64,000 bases of DNA from positions 186,001 through 250,000 of IMG/VR virus record IMGVR_UViG_3300028800_000001. One strand, given 5' to 3'. Of the stretch, positions 1-10,084 are shown piece by piece (the first letter of the stretch is position 1; the number at the start of each line of letters is the position of its first letter). The position numbers and the translations under genes were made by a program. The notes below the pieces were generated by a model. That model was given only the letters and a program-made list of their open reading frames with translations, had not been told where the DNA came from and ran no database searches.

Positions 1-360
1 GTACACCAGTGTCTCATTGTAGGCACTCACCAATGGCGCGAGATCTAAAAAATAGAGAGGAATTACCGCATAGACTTTATACGCTTCGCCCGTGAGCTCT
101 TTAATGCGCGTCTCAAGAGTCATTGCGGCTTTGTGCAGCACATCAAACTCCAGATCAAGCACAGCGCGGTTGAGGTGTTCTTCCTCCAGCGCGAGTGTCT
201 CAATCTTTTGACGCTTTACCAACATGTCTTCACGTAAGTGATCACGACGCTTCTCTTTCCTGGTTGTTGTATGTAAGAACCAGCCAGAGAGAAATGACGA
301 GAACACAGAAAAGCAGGAGCCAATAAAGACTCCTGCAAGGGTTGCCGTTGTACTATCCAT
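1..360 (-). CDS. membrane-anchored hypothetical protein (partial, runs off window)
   Basis: ATG at 360; MDSTTATLAGVFIGLLLFCVLVISLWLVL hydrophobic helix then coiled-coil-like stretch; open to window edge. Confidence 0.55.
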   Translation of the reverse strand, partial: MDSTTATLAGVFIGSCFSVFSSFLSGWFLHTTTRKEKRRDHLREDMLVKRQKIETLALEEEHLNRAVLDLEFDVLHKAAMTLETRIKELTGEAYKVYAVIPLYFLDLAPLVSAYNETLVY

Positions 361-381
361 TGTTTCTTCCAGAAGTTTTAC

Positions 382-564
382 TTATTTTACCACACCTAGT
401 ACCCCAAGTATGATATTCGCTATGAATATCCCCAAAATGATACCACAAAAAAAACCTCCAAACGCTCTGCTGCGTATTCCTTCGGTTTTCGAAGGAGTAT
501 AAAAGAGCCAAATCAAGACAATGAATACGGCCCCAATAGCCGAAGAAAGAATCATTCCAATCAT
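382..564 (-). CDS. small membrane protein
   Basis: 60 aa, two hydrophobic helices, AGGAG RBS. Confidence 0.6.
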   Translation of the reverse strand: MIGMILSSAIGAVFIVLIWLFYTPSKTEGIRSRAFGGFFCGIILGIFIANIILGVLGVVK

Positions 565-574
565 GTATTTTCTC

Positions 575-793
575 CTATGGAAGTGGGCACGTGGGAAACT
601 GTGTGATCAAGATGATCGCATAGCGCGCCAATTCTGCCCCACAAATTGCAGAAACAATCCCCATCAAAAACACAAAGACACCAACGATGATCAAAGAGAT
701 ATTGTGACGGTTTTCTCGTACAATCTCAAAGCCAGTGACCAGAAGAATAGCCGCGACAAAAAGAGACCACAGAATAGCCAGGAGTTGTAGCAT
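575..793 (-). CDS. small membrane protein
   Basis: 72 aa, two hydrophobic helices, GAGG RBS. Confidence 0.55.
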   Translation of the reverse strand: MLQLLAILWSLFVAAILLVTGFEIVRENRHNISLIIVGVFVFLMGIVSAICGAELARYAIILITQFPTCPLP

Positions 794-814
794 ATTTACC
801 TCAATCCAACTTTT

Positions 815-1027
815 TTAATGTATCGATATCCATAAAAGAGCACTAAACACTGTCGTCGCCAGCCCCGCAATAAAACACACAACTGAAATGCCTTGCAATA
901 CAGTCTCTTTGTCGGTTGCCGAGCGGTGAAAGAAACAACTGATAAAAAATCCAACGCCAAAAATCATGACGAAAACGCCAATAACAAGAAACGGAAGAAG
1001 CAGTAGCTTGAGAATTATGGGTAACAT
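815..1027 (-). CDS. small membrane protein
   Basis: MLPIILKLLL... 70 aa after GGAGG RBS; two TM helices. Confidence 0.55.
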   Translation of the reverse strand: MLPIILKLLLLPFLVIGVFVMIFGVGFFISCFFHRSATDKETVLQGISVVCFIAGLATTVFSALLWISIH

Positions 1028-1283
1028 GATGCCTCCTGAAGAAATAGAAGAGGCCAGCAAAAGCCGACCTGAAACAATAAAAACGTTAGTTGTTTTCTGC
1101 TTGTTCGCGTGCTTTGGCGGCTGCGCGCTGTACGCGGCGATACCCGAATACGAAAAGTGCACCGTAATCGCCAATGACGCGACAAGAAATGTTAAAAAGA
1201 ATTTGCTTCCGAGGAGAAAGCGTGTCGTACCACTCGCCAACGGTGGGAATGTTATCGTTTTCCATAAAAATGGACCTTTCTTC

Positions 1284-1523
1284 TTACGAGAAATGAAGAG
1301 GGGTTTTCGCCATCTCTTCCAATTCTCGTGCGTGCTGCCAGGAGAGCGTGATGCTGTGATCAATGTGGTTCAACTTGTCTTGCGACAATCTGCAACGCAG
1401 GCTCATATCCCATTTGCCGATCATAAAGCGGATACCTTCGCGGTTAGCAGCGTTGATATCTGATTTCACAAACCAATAGTAATACGCGTCCAGATGCTCT
1501 TGCACTTGTTCATTTGTTAACAT
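1284..1523 (-). CDS. hypothetical protein
   Basis: MLTNEQVQEHL...; first ORF downstream of promoter at 1557-1585. Confidence 0.55.
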   Translation of the reverse strand: MLTNEQVQEHLDAYYYWFVKSDINAANREGIRFMIGKWDMSLRCRLSQDKLNHIDHSITLSWQHARELEEMAKTPLHFS

Positions 1524-1556
1524 CACTTTTCTCGCTTTCTTTTTCTCTATACAGGA

Positions 1557-1611
1557 AGTATAGGGCAGCATAGGAGAGAAGTCAAGACTATTTTCTCTGT
1601 ATTTTCAGAAA
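1557..1611 (-). promoter_or_regulatory. sigma70-type promoter with upstream TTCTGAAAA box
   Basis: TTGACT-17-TATACT, TTTCTGAAAATA upstream of -35. Confidence 0.75.
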
Positions 1612-2438
1612 CGATTACTTTTCTTTTTATTGCAGGGACCACACAGGGGTTGTAGATTGGAGAATTCGGTTTTACCGCCTTTACTCCAGGGGAAGATATG
1701 ATCAATTTCGAGTCCGACACCCGCGCCCTCGCCATCAGCACCACAGGCAGCGCAGCGATTATGATAATGCGCAAGCACCTGCAAACGTAGTGGCTCAGGG
1801 ATGCTACGCTTCTGTTCTTGCATACCAAAGAGGCGTCTATTCCAACGCTCCACGACCGCATGGATAAATGCATCAAGCAATTCTGGATCGTGGACAAGAA
1901 AGGTGCCGCCCTTTGCTTTCTTGGTAAAGATTTGTAGTTCACTTCCAAGGATACAGGTGGAAGCAAGGTTGCTCACTTCTATCGCAAAGCTATCCTTTGC
2001 GCCGTTGGAGATAAAATACACCTTGCGATCTGTGATGAGCAGACGCCCCAGGATCGCAAGCGTCTGGCGTTTCATCTCTTTGCGTAGCGAACAGCCAATT
2101 TCAAAGTACGGCTCTTCGCCAGGAGAAAGAAGTATCCCTGAATGAACGATGTTGAGATCACCATGATAAATCTGACAGATATAGGCCCACCGTTTGAGAT
2201 CACCTAAAACTTTGCCAGAGACATCAGGAGGAAGCCGTTGCAATGTTGCGTATAACTTGTTATACTCCTGATAATCGATAGCGCGCCTCTGATATAACTC
2301 TTGACTATAACGCGCTAAACCATCAATCTGACGAGCAAGCATGTGAATACAAATGCCACAACGTTGTGTGCCAAAGAACGAACGAAAAGAATCAAAGAAA
2401 GATAAATCTTTTAAACAATAATCGCAGTGTCTTGCCAT
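1605..2438 (-). CDS. HNH endonuclease with N-terminal Zn-binding and PH-like region
   Basis: C-terminal CAACG...EIDHIFPWSKGG...NLQPLCGPCNKKK HNH signature. Confidence 0.85.
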   Translation of the reverse strand: MARHCDYCLKDLSFFDSFRSFFGTQRCGICIHMLARQIDGLARYSQELYQRRAIDYQEYNKLYATLQRLPPDVSGKVLGDLKRWAYICQIYHGDLNIVHSGILLSPGEEPYFEIGCSLRKEMKRQTLAILGRLLITDRKVYFISNGAKDSFAIEVSNLASTCILGSELQIFTKKAKGGTFLVHDPELLDAFIHAVVERWNRRLFGMQEQKRSIPEPLRLQVLAHYHNRCAACGADGEGAGVGLEIDHIFPWSKGGKTEFSNLQPLCGPCNKKKSNRF

Positions 2439-2503
2439 ATGTCATCTCCCGAATATGCTTATAAAACAAGCATAACACACTAGCAAGAAAGAAGAAAGAA
2501 ATC

Positions 2504-2830
2504 GTGTCCGACGAACTTGCTCATTTTCATGAGCTCAAAGAAACCTGTCTGGAGACTATTCAAACAATACTCAAACACCACGCCGGTATTCTCACCCCTG
2601 AAGAAATTCTCCAGATTGGTGAGTTTTTTGGCCTCTCTAATCGTCTTGTGACGACGAAAACCGAGGATATTAAAGCATATCATGGAGCGCTAGAAGCAAT
2701 GCTTCTTTGCCTCTATCGAGGAGAAGACTGGCAGCAAGGGATCGCAGAGGACGCAGCTAGAGCCCTTTCTCGCCACCATGAGCTCTCTACGCCACAGGCC
2801 ATTGCGGAACGCTTACATCGCCACTTCTAA
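2504..2830 (+). CDS. hypothetical helical protein
   Basis: 108-aa ORF with purine-rich RBS, divergent from HNH gene. Confidence 0.55.
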   Translation: MSDELAHFHELKETCLETIQTILKHHAGILTPEEILQIGEFFGLSNRLVTTKTEDIKAYHGALEAMLLCLYRGEDWQQGIAEDAARALSRHHELSTPQAIAERLHRHF

Positions 2831-2963
2831 CCCCTCTGGCACAGAGAAACGAGCTACTTCGCATAGGTTCTCATCTCCCACACGCTCTTTGCAGAGAAAA
2901 GTAGCTCGTTTTTATTGAGTCGATACAATGTGCGGCCTGACGGACTGAAAGGACGTACCAGGG
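2831..2963 (-). ncRNA. putative small structured RNA
   Basis: TATACT -10 at 2965-2970; outer stem CCCUGGUAC/GUGCCAGAGGG and 13-bp stem AAACGAGCUACUU/AAGUAGCUCGUUU. Confidence 0.3.
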
Positions 2964-3089
2964 CAGTATAGCATATTCCCAGATTCCCGTGTTTTCTGCT
3001 ACACTGATTTCTAGCCACTCTTCGCTCAGTGAGCATTACCGTACAGTGGCCCTGGAAAGAAGAGCATCTCCTCTTCTTTCTTTTTTGAT

Positions 3090-3932
3090 CTAAGCACTCC
3101 TTTCGTCAGGGTACTCTAGCCTATATAACAAAAAGTCGAGGAGACTTCTGTCATTCTTTCTGCTATTGCAACGCTTGCAAGCCGCTGTTAGATTCGTCCA
3201 ATGCTCCGCGCCATTATTTGCTACAGGATCAATATGATCTATATGTTCCATCGGCTCTCCACAGTAACAGCAAGGATCTTTGTACAACGAAGTCAGATGA
3301 ATAAAAGTCTCTTCGTCGCGATACAGTTCTTTTGCTTTCTCAGTATTGCGATCAGAAATCTTTTTGAAACGACCTCTCAGGCTCGTCATTCTATCTCGAA
3401 CCTTTCGGTCTTCTCGTCTTCGATAGCTCCTAAATCTTTTATTAATTTGATCGCGATGAGCTTTGGCGTATGCCAAAGACAACTCTACCATCTTTTGAGG
3501 ATTCTTATGATATCGCCTCTTGCCGCTTTCTCTGTGGCATGTCAAGCATTCCTTCTTCCCCTTACGCAAATTCCCTTCAACAAGGGGATGACCATTAGGA
3601 CAAAATCCTTCATGATCGTTTTTTGGTGGGACTCCATTTTTTCTAGCTCGCTGCATCTCACGCTCTCTATGGCAAGTCAGGCACTCTCTTCTTCCTTTGC
3701 GTAAGTTCCCCTCTACTAAGGGATGTCCTTTGGGGCACATTTCTTTCTTCAAACTTGGAGGTCTGAGCGCTCTTTTCTTCTTCTTATACTCAGAGGATGC
3801 TTTATTATTGCAGATTCTACAAAGACGGTTTAAACCGTCTTTTGATGCTTCCCTTTTGTGAAAAAATTCTTCGGTTGCATCAAAATTGTTTTCGCAGCCA
3901 GGACAATACTTTTGTGGTACACTATTACCCAT
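3090..3932 (-). CDS. HNH homing endonuclease with tandem Zn-ribbon repeats
   Basis: two CPxGHPLVEGNLRKGxxECLTCHRE repeats; CCYCG...HIDHIDPV...NLTAACKRCN. Confidence 0.85.
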   Translation of the reverse strand: MGNSVPQKYCPGCENNFDATEEFFHKREASKDGLNRLCRICNNKASSEYKKKKRALRPPSLKKEMCPKGHPLVEGNLRKGRRECLTCHREREMQRARKNGVPPKNDHEGFCPNGHPLVEGNLRKGKKECLTCHRESGKRRYHKNPQKMVELSLAYAKAHRDQINKRFRSYRRREDRKVRDRMTSLRGRFKKISDRNTEKAKELYRDEETFIHLTSLYKDPCCYCGEPMEHIDHIDPVANNGAEHWTNLTAACKRCNSRKNDRSLLDFLLYRLEYPDERSA

Positions 3933-4043
3933 GGTAAGACTCCCATTCTTATCATCAGCCAGAGAGTGCTCTAACACTGCTCTGGCAACAAGCTTTACTA
4001 ACTAAGTATATAGTATTTGTGCAATAAGACAACACCTCGCTAT

Positions 4044-4853
4044 TTACTCGATAGTTCTAATTGTCCAAAAATCATCTGCAAGGTTTGAGTCGAGTAAGTA
4101 AGTATATGGAAGATACCCATAGCCTTTATCACCCCAATCAGTGCCCCACGAATTTCTGAAGATAAACATCTGCTTACCATTGTCATAGCCAACCGCAAGT
4201 ACTGCATGTCCACCAAGCGCCTGCTCATCTTGCGCTGGCATCGGCACCATGCCGGTCTGTGACACGTGTGGACTTTCAAAGCTCTGATAGACCGTAATTC
4301 CAGCAACGAACGGATAGCCTTCGGCAAGACATGCTTGCATTTTACTCAAGTGCTGCGTGATACGTTTGTATTTAAGTGCTAAATGTTTGAGTCCATCCTG
4401 GTAACAGGAATCGGGTGGCTTTTGCGCAAACTTCTCAATATCGTACGCCCACAGCGCTTCACTACAGACACCAATACCCGCAACCGATTTGATGCCATCT
4501 CTAATCATTGCGCCTGCATCAGAGTTCACCGTATGCTCTATAGCACGCTCGTTGTAATAAATGAAGAGGCGTGAAGGCATGGTGACCGAAAGTCCCTGCT
4601 TTGCCTGATCAAACTGGATTGCAGCGGCAATCGCATTCGCAGTACAGGAGCCCAACGACCCCTGATCATACGGAACGGGTAATTCAGCACGCAAGTCTAT
4701 CACCTGCGGAATAGTTTCAAGAACGGGAACATAGGCGTGATCACGCTGGTCAGGGGTGTCAGGAAGCCATCCATACCGGTAACCGGCTGGTTTTGCGACA
4801 ACTGTCATAGCTTTTTGCTGCTTTCGTTGATAAGCGTAACGGAAAAAGGGCAT
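4044..4853 (-). CDS. papain-like cysteine peptidase (C1A, xylellain-like)
   Basis: YGWLPD, QGSLGSCTANA (Cys), GGHAVLAVGY (His), RNSWGTDWG (Asn). Confidence 0.92.
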   Translation of the reverse strand: MPFFRYAYQRKQQKAMTVVAKPAGYRYGWLPDTPDQRDHAYVPVLETIPQVIDLRAELPVPYDQGSLGSCTANAIAAAIQFDQAKQGLSVTMPSRLFIYYNERAIEHTVNSDAGAMIRDGIKSVAGIGVCSEALWAYDIEKFAQKPPDSCYQDGLKHLALKYKRITQHLSKMQACLAEGYPFVAGITVYQSFESPHVSQTGMVPMPAQDEQALGGHAVLAVGYDNGKQMFIFRNSWGTDWGDKGYGYLPYTYLLDSNLADDFWTIRTIE

Positions 4854-4918
4854 AAAAATACTCCAAACAATTAATTATTTTTTATTTGGAGGAATGTAAA
4901 TTTATTTTTTAAAATTAA

Positions 4919-5332
4919 TTATTTCTTTTTGCTGCCTTTTTTCTTGTTCTGATCATCCATCATCCCTGGAGTGCCAGCCTGCACAGGCGGAACGGGTGGT
5001 TTCTTTGGATTGCGCACTGGCAATGAGGGGAGCTGATTAGGATATGCCCCTGCTGGTGCCATCGGGATTTTCGAAGAGATATTATTGTCCTGCTTCCCAG
5101 GTTTCTTTGCCATAGGAGGCGGATTCTCCCCTTCAGCCGGAGTAAAAGGTCTGACCGCACCTGCAAACGGCTTCTTTGGAGTGGCTGGCTTTGCGGCTGC
5201 TGCTGGTTTGGCTGCGAAGGGATTGACTCCAGGGACACCACCCTTGCGTGCTTTCTCCATATCGCTGTTATCAATTCCCGCATTGCTCTCTTCGGGCACT
5301 GTTGCGTGACTATTTACTGGTTTCTTCGCCAT
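4919..5332 (-). CDS. low-complexity Pro/Lys/Ala-rich protein
   Basis: 137 aa, disordered composition, co-oriented in head operon. Confidence 0.6.
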   Translation of the reverse strand: MAKKPVNSHATVPEESNAGIDNSDMEKARKGGVPGVNPFAAKPAAAAKPATPKKPFAGAVRPFTPAEGENPPPMAKKPGKQDNNISSKIPMAPAGAYPNQLPSLPVRNPKKPPVPPVQAGTPGMMDDQNKKKGSKKK

Positions 5333-5846
5333 TATTTGTTTCTCTTTCTTTCTTTACAACGCGCATTACGTGATGCTGCGCAATAGGTGGCTTCACCATC
5401 GTTGGCTTTTTGGGAGCAGCGACTTTCTTCGGAGCAACGGTTCTCTTTGGAACCACCACTTTTTTCGGAGCAGCTACCCGCGCTGCGTGATGCGCTGCTA
5501 CTTTTTTCGGCTTCTTTGGCTTTTTCGGTTTTAGAACTTTTGGTTTGGGAAGCTTCTTCGGCTTTGGAGGTTTCGGTGCCTTTGCTACCGAAGAACCAAG
5601 ATGCGCATCACCAAGAAATGCCCCTGGCTTTGCTGGTGCTTGTGGCTTCACGACAGGCGCGGCAACCGGATTGGGTGTAGTAGTCACAGGATGACTCTGT
5701 ACCCCCACTATCGGCTTTGGTGGTGGCATCAATGGTTGTAAGTAATTCGTGGTACCACCAGCTTGAGAGCGCTGCGCTGGATGCATTGCATTCCAGGTAG
5801 CCCAACTCTTACGCGCTCCAGCACGCAGATACGCCTCAAATGTCAT
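5310..5846 (-). CDS. highly basic histone-H1-like low-complexity protein
   Basis: KPKK/APKK repeats, 178 aa. Confidence 0.6.
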   Translation of the reverse strand: MTFEAYLRAGARKSWATWNAMHPAQRSQAGGTTNYLQPLMPPPKPIVGVQSHPVTTTPNPVAAPVVKPQAPAKPGAFLGDAHLGSSVAKAPKPPKPKKLPKPKVLKPKKPKKPKKVAAHHAARVAAPKKVVVPKRTVAPKKVAAPKKPTMVKPPIAQHHVMRVVKKERETNNGEETSK

Positions 5847-5944
5847 GACTTCCCCTTTCGCTTTGGCCCTTTCAGATATTCCATACCACCAGCCATGCCG
5901 ATATCTTTCTTCAAGATGCTCATACGTATATGCGACTTCTTCAT
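5843..5944 (-). CDS. 33-aa basic peptide downstream of ART-like paralog
   Basis: MKKSHIRMSILKKDIGMAGGMEYLKGPKRKGKS; fills gap exactly, GAGG RBS, ATGA overlap with next gene. Confidence 0.45.
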   Translation of the reverse strand: MKKSHIRMSILKKDIGMAGGMEYLKGPKRKGKS

Positions 5945-5946
5945 AG

Positions 5947-6936
5947 TTACCTCTTTGTTGTCACGGTAGAAACGCGTATTGCTGTACGATTAAGCAGTAC
6001 AAAGTATCCAGCATCGTTATACACACCGCCCGTTCTCGTTCCACTTGCGCTCACATCATAGCCATCATAGCCCTGAGAAGCAGCATAGCGCCCTTCATCC
6101 TTATAGATTTCGAGCAACGCTTTTTTCTTATCGAGTTGCTCTCCCACTGCCAGCTTTTTTGCGGGATTACGTGTCCTGTTATAGCTCCGCTGAAGACTCT
6201 GCACTTCACTTTCTGTGGTAGTGGCAAGCGCTGTCGTTTCCCGTTTAATCTGACTATAGTCGCCAATATTGGCATCACTCTTGAGCGAAATATGCATCGC
6301 AGTATCACCATAGTCAAACGCCTCTTTAAGTCCTTTGAGCGGTAATTTCGGATCTACCGAATACGCCATATAGGTTCCGTTGCCATAAATACCATAACCT
6401 GCATAATTGGTTCCCGATTGAAACGCTTTGGTATAATCACCATTGCCAGTATCATTGACCGCTCTATAGAACTCACGCTCCCCACCACGTATTGCTGCCA
6501 TCAAATCATCTTCAGAAACCAGATCTGGCTTGCCGTCGAAGCCCTGATGCGCATAGAGACCAGCCAACACGTTATCACCAGAGACCTTGCGATACGGAAC
6601 AGTGCCATCGTTAGCAAGCATTGCTTTACCAATGTCTGATCCCAAGATCTCGTCTTCGCTGAGCTTTTTCCCTTTGACGGTCTCATGCGCAGGTGGAGCC
6701 GTCACCACGCTTGCTGGCGCGACAACTGGCTTTTTACCACGAATGCGTACTCCCACAATCTCGCCATTACTATCTCTAATTACATTGTGACCGGAGGCTC
6801 CTCCACCATGATGTACCAGTAGGCGTGCAGAGCCAGAGCCGCCAAAGCGATTACCATGCATACGCTGATCATGTCTTCCAGGCATATGCTTCACGGCCTG
6901 TTTAATGGCTTCAATATCACGCTCTAATAAATACAT
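5947..6936 (-). CDS. ART-fold-like effector paralog 1 with HxPGRHDQxxHG tag
   Basis: EFYRA, GYGIYGNGTY, GYDG, YFVLLNR; paralog of four neighbours. Confidence 0.6.
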   Translation of the reverse strand: MYLLERDIEAIKQAVKHMPGRHDQRMHGNRFGGSGSARLLVHHGGGASGHNVIRDSNGEIVGVRIRGKKPVVAPASVVTAPPAHETVKGKKLSEDEILGSDIGKAMLANDGTVPYRKVSGDNVLAGLYAHQGFDGKPDLVSEDDLMAAIRGGEREFYRAVNDTGNGDYTKAFQSGTNYAGYGIYGNGTYMAYSVDPKLPLKGLKEAFDYGDTAMHISLKSDANIGDYSQIKRETTALATTTESEVQSLQRSYNRTRNPAKKLAVGEQLDKKKALLEIYKDEGRYAASQGYDGYDVSASGTRTGGVYNDAGYFVLLNRTAIRVSTVTTKR

Positions 6937-7928
6937 TAGTACCCTCGCTTCTTAAAGAGCTTTGTAGAGACACGCACTGCGGTGCGATTGAGCAGCACAA
7001 AGTATCCAGCGCTCGGTGCCCCTGCGGTGGTACGCGTAGCACTGACATCGTAGCCATCATAGCCTTTACTGGTCGCGTATTTACCAACATCATAATAGAT
7101 GCTCATGAGTGCATTCTTTTGTGCCACTCGCGTTTTAAGATCGTTATATTTTGTATCACTTAAAGAAGGATCACTCATTTTTTGGTTGAGCGCTGTAATA
7201 TCATCTCGCGTGCTGTTTGCTAACTCTGTTGTTTCGTTGACAAGCGTATCGTAATTACCAATCTTCGCGTCCTTCTTTAAAGCAAGATGCATCGCAGAAT
7301 TACCGTAGCCATGCGCTTCCTCTAGTGCCGCAGCAGGATCGTTTTTATGTAGCGCGTAGGCCATATAAGTACCGTTCCCGTAGCCACCGTAGCCTGCGTA
7401 ATACTCTCCACTCTTAAACGCATCGGAAAACTGGGAGCCAGAGCCCTCATTGGTGCCACGATAGAACTCACGTTCCCCGCCTGCAATTGCCGCGTTCAAT
7501 TCGTCTTCAGAGACCACATCAGGCTTTCCATCAAAACCTTGATCACGATACATAGAGGCCAGGATCTCATCGCCATCATTATGCGCTGCTATTCCGCCTG
7601 TATCCACCATTTCCTGCATCGTTTTCGTATTAAGCAGTTCATCTTCCATCAGGTCACGGCCCTTGACTGTCTGATGCCCAGGTGGAACTGTCACAATGCT
7701 TGCGTCTGCTGGCTTTGGCTTTTTCCCAGGCCGAATACGTACGCCAGTGATTTCACCGTTTGCGTCCCTGATGACATTGTGTCCAGAAGCTCCACCGCCA
7801 TGATGCACTAAAGACCTACCGGCTCCTCCTCCACTGAAACGATTGCCATGTGTACGCTGATCATGACGCCCCACCATATGCTTTATCGATTGCGCAATAG
7901 CTTCAACATCGCGTTCCAATTGATACAT
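6936..7928 (-). CDS. ART-fold-like effector paralog 2
   Basis: HMVGRHDQRTHG tag; EFYRG, GYGGYGNGTY, GYDG, YFVLLNR. Confidence 0.6.
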   Translation of the reverse strand: MYQLERDVEAIAQSIKHMVGRHDQRTHGNRFSGGGAGRSLVHHGGGASGHNVIRDANGEITGVRIRPGKKPKPADASIVTVPPGHQTVKGRDLMEDELLNTKTMQEMVDTGGIAAHNDGDEILASMYRDQGFDGKPDVVSEDELNAAIAGGEREFYRGTNEGSGSQFSDAFKSGEYYAGYGGYGNGTYMAYALHKNDPAAALEEAHGYGNSAMHLALKKDAKIGNYDTLVNETTELANSTRDDITALNQKMSDPSLSDTKYNDLKTRVAQKNALMSIYYDVGKYATSKGYDGYDVSATRTTAGAPSAGYFVLLNRTAVRVSTKLFKKRGY

Positions 7929-8911
7929 TAGAGCCCCTTCTTTTTGAAGAGCTGCGTGGAAACGCGTGCCGCAGTACGATTAAGCAGTACAAAATAACCA
8001 GCATAGTTAAAGTCACCTGCCGTTGAGCGTGACGCACTCACATCAAAGCCATCGTACCCTTTAGTGACCGCATATTTCCCATAATCCTTATAAATATCAA
8101 GCAAATTTTGCTTTTCTTTGATCTTTGTATTAATGGCACCGTATTGCACCATTGACATACCTGGACCTACCTGTCCAGAAAGCCTTGCAATCTCTTTTTG
8201 CGTCTCGCGTGCCAGATCGTCGGCTTCATTCACAATTTTATTGTAATTCCCAATTTTGGCATCCTTCTTTACTGCAATATGCATGGCAGAGTCGCCATAT
8301 CCACGCGTCTCAGCAAGCGCGGCCCCTGCCAGATCAGAGTACGCCATATACGTCCCGTTTCCATAGCCGCCATACCCTGCGTAATATTCGCCGTCTTTAA
8401 AGGCATCAGAAAACTGCGTTCCAGAACCTTCCATCGTTCCGCGATAAAATTCGCGGTCTCCGTTCGCAACAGCGGCATTTAATTCATCCTCTGAGACGAC
8501 ATCTGGCTTGCCGTCAAACCCCTGATCATGATAGAGTGAAGCAAGCGTTTTATCGCCATCATTCTTAATTGTGACCCTGTCCAGGTTGACAAGCTCCTGC
8601 ATGGTATTACTCTTCAAGAGCTCATCTTCGCTCATCTCTTTGCCTTTGACGGTTTGATGCCCAACAGGAGGAGTTACTATACTTGCATCAGCAGGTTTTG
8701 GTTTCTTCCTAGCTCGTATGCGCACTCCTGTAATCTCGCCGTTGCTATCGCGGATCACATTGTGCCCAGGTGCGCCACCACCATGATGTACCAATGAACG
8801 AGCAGAGCCGCCACCACTAAAACGATTTCCGTGGGTGCGCTGATCGTGGCGACCGACCATATGTTTAAGTGCCTGTCGAATTTCCTCGACATCCTGCTCT
8901 AATTGGTACAT
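7928..8911 (-). CDS. ART-fold-like effector paralog 3
   Basis: start MYQLEQD at 8911 after AGGAG; same motifs. Confidence 0.6.
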   Translation of the reverse strand: MYQLEQDVEEIRQALKHMVGRHDQRTHGNRFSGGGSARSLVHHGGGAPGHNVIRDSNGEITGVRIRARKKPKPADASIVTPPVGHQTVKGKEMSEDELLKSNTMQELVNLDRVTIKNDGDKTLASLYHDQGFDGKPDVVSEDELNAAVANGDREFYRGTMEGSGTQFSDAFKDGEYYAGYGGYGNGTYMAYSDLAGAALAETRGYGDSAMHIAVKKDAKIGNYNKIVNEADDLARETQKEIARLSGQVGPGMSMVQYGAINTKIKEKQNLLDIYKDYGKYAVTKGYDGFDVSASRSTAGDFNYAGYFVLLNRTAARVSTQLFKKKGL

Positions 8912-8919
8912 CACGTCTC

Positions 8920-9099
8920 CTACTTCTTGATTTCTGTCGCCGCTTGCTTGAGCAGTGTTTTCCACTTCGCGTCAAGTGCATCAAAGTCTTCTGCTTTTTC
9001 CACAGCCGCCACAAACGCGTGGCGATCTTCCACGCTGAGTGCCATAAAGGTTGGGGTGCTCATCGCACGCCCTGCTTGTTGTGATAACTTTGGATTCAT
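8920..9099 (-). CDS. 59-aa helical protein, candidate immunity (missing from ORF track)
   Basis: MNPKLSQQAGRAMSTPTFMALSVEDRHAFVAAVEKAEDFDALD...; ATGA overlap with upstream gene; paralog of 11289-11483. Confidence 0.7.
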   Translation of the reverse strand: MNPKLSQQAGRAMSTPTFMALSVEDRHAFVAAVEKAEDFDALDAKWKTLLKQAATEIKK

Positions 9100-10076
9100 G
9101 CTTTCATTCCTTTCGTATACGTTTTATCTGAGACACGGATAGCCGTTCTATTAAGTAGCACGAAGTATCCGGCAGTACTACCTGCTGAAGGACTCACGTC
9201 GTAGCCATCATACCCTTTGGACGTAGCGTAGCGTCCAACATCACCATAAATCTTTTGCAGTACCGTCTGCTCGTGTATCTTCTTAGCAAGCACCTGACTC
9301 TTCGCAAGATCACGTTCGCGACGAAACTGCGCTTCGAGGCTGATTTGCTCATTTTCTGCTTCATTGTATAGCTTATTCGCCTCGACCTCCAGCTTTCCGT
9401 AATCTCCAACCTTTGCATCTTTTTTGAGTGCGATTCGCATTGCATATCCACCATACGCATGCGCCTCGCGCAGCGCTCCAGAAACACCGTCACTTCCATT
9501 GGAGTACGCCATATACGTGCCATTCCCGTACATCCCATATCCAGCGTAGTAGTCTCCATTTTTAAAGGCATCGATGTAATCACCACTTGCGTTATCACGA
9601 AGACCACGAAAGAACTCGCGTTCGCCTCCTGCCACCGCCGCTTTGAGCGCATCATCAGAAATCACATCTGGTTTGCCATCAAAGCCCTGATCTTTATAAA
9701 GAAACGCCAACGTATCGTCTCCATCATTAATGAATGAAGAGTCATCGCTATGCGCAAGCATATCAGCGACCGTTCCTGATTTGAGCAACTCATCTTCGCT
9801 CATCTCTTTTCCCTTCACCGTCTGATGCCCAACGGGAACGGGTGCGATTGTTGCATCGGCAGGCTTGGGCTTTTTGCCACGGATACGCACGCCCACAATA
9901 TCACCATTCCCATCGCGGATGACGTTGTGGCCTGCGGCCCCGCCTCCATGATGTACGAGTGACCTTGCCGCTCCCGCACCACTAAAACGATTGCCATGCA
10001 TATGCTGGTCATGACGCCCTGGCATATGTTTAATTTGCTTCAGCAGCAATCGAATATCACGTTCTAAAAGAGACAA
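9096..10076 (-). CDS. ART-fold-like effector paralog 4
   Basis: TTG start after GAGGA; HMPGRHDQHMHG tag; EFFRG, GYGMYGNGTY, GYDG, YFVLLNR. Confidence 0.6.
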   Translation of the reverse strand: MSLLERDIRLLLKQIKHMPGRHDQHMHGNRFSGAGAARSLVHHGGGAAGHNVIRDGNGDIVGVRIRGKKPKPADATIAPVPVGHQTVKGKEMSEDELLKSGTVADMLAHSDDSSFINDGDDTLAFLYKDQGFDGKPDVISDDALKAAVAGGEREFFRGLRDNASGDYIDAFKNGDYYAGYGMYGNGTYMAYSNGSDGVSGALREAHAYGGYAMRIALKKDAKVGDYGKLEVEANKLYNEAENEQISLEAQFRRERDLAKSQVLAKKIHEQTVLQKIYGDVGRYATSKGYDGYDVSPSAGSTAGYFVLLNRTAIRVSDKTYTKGMKA

Positions 10077-10084
10077 GCACTTCC

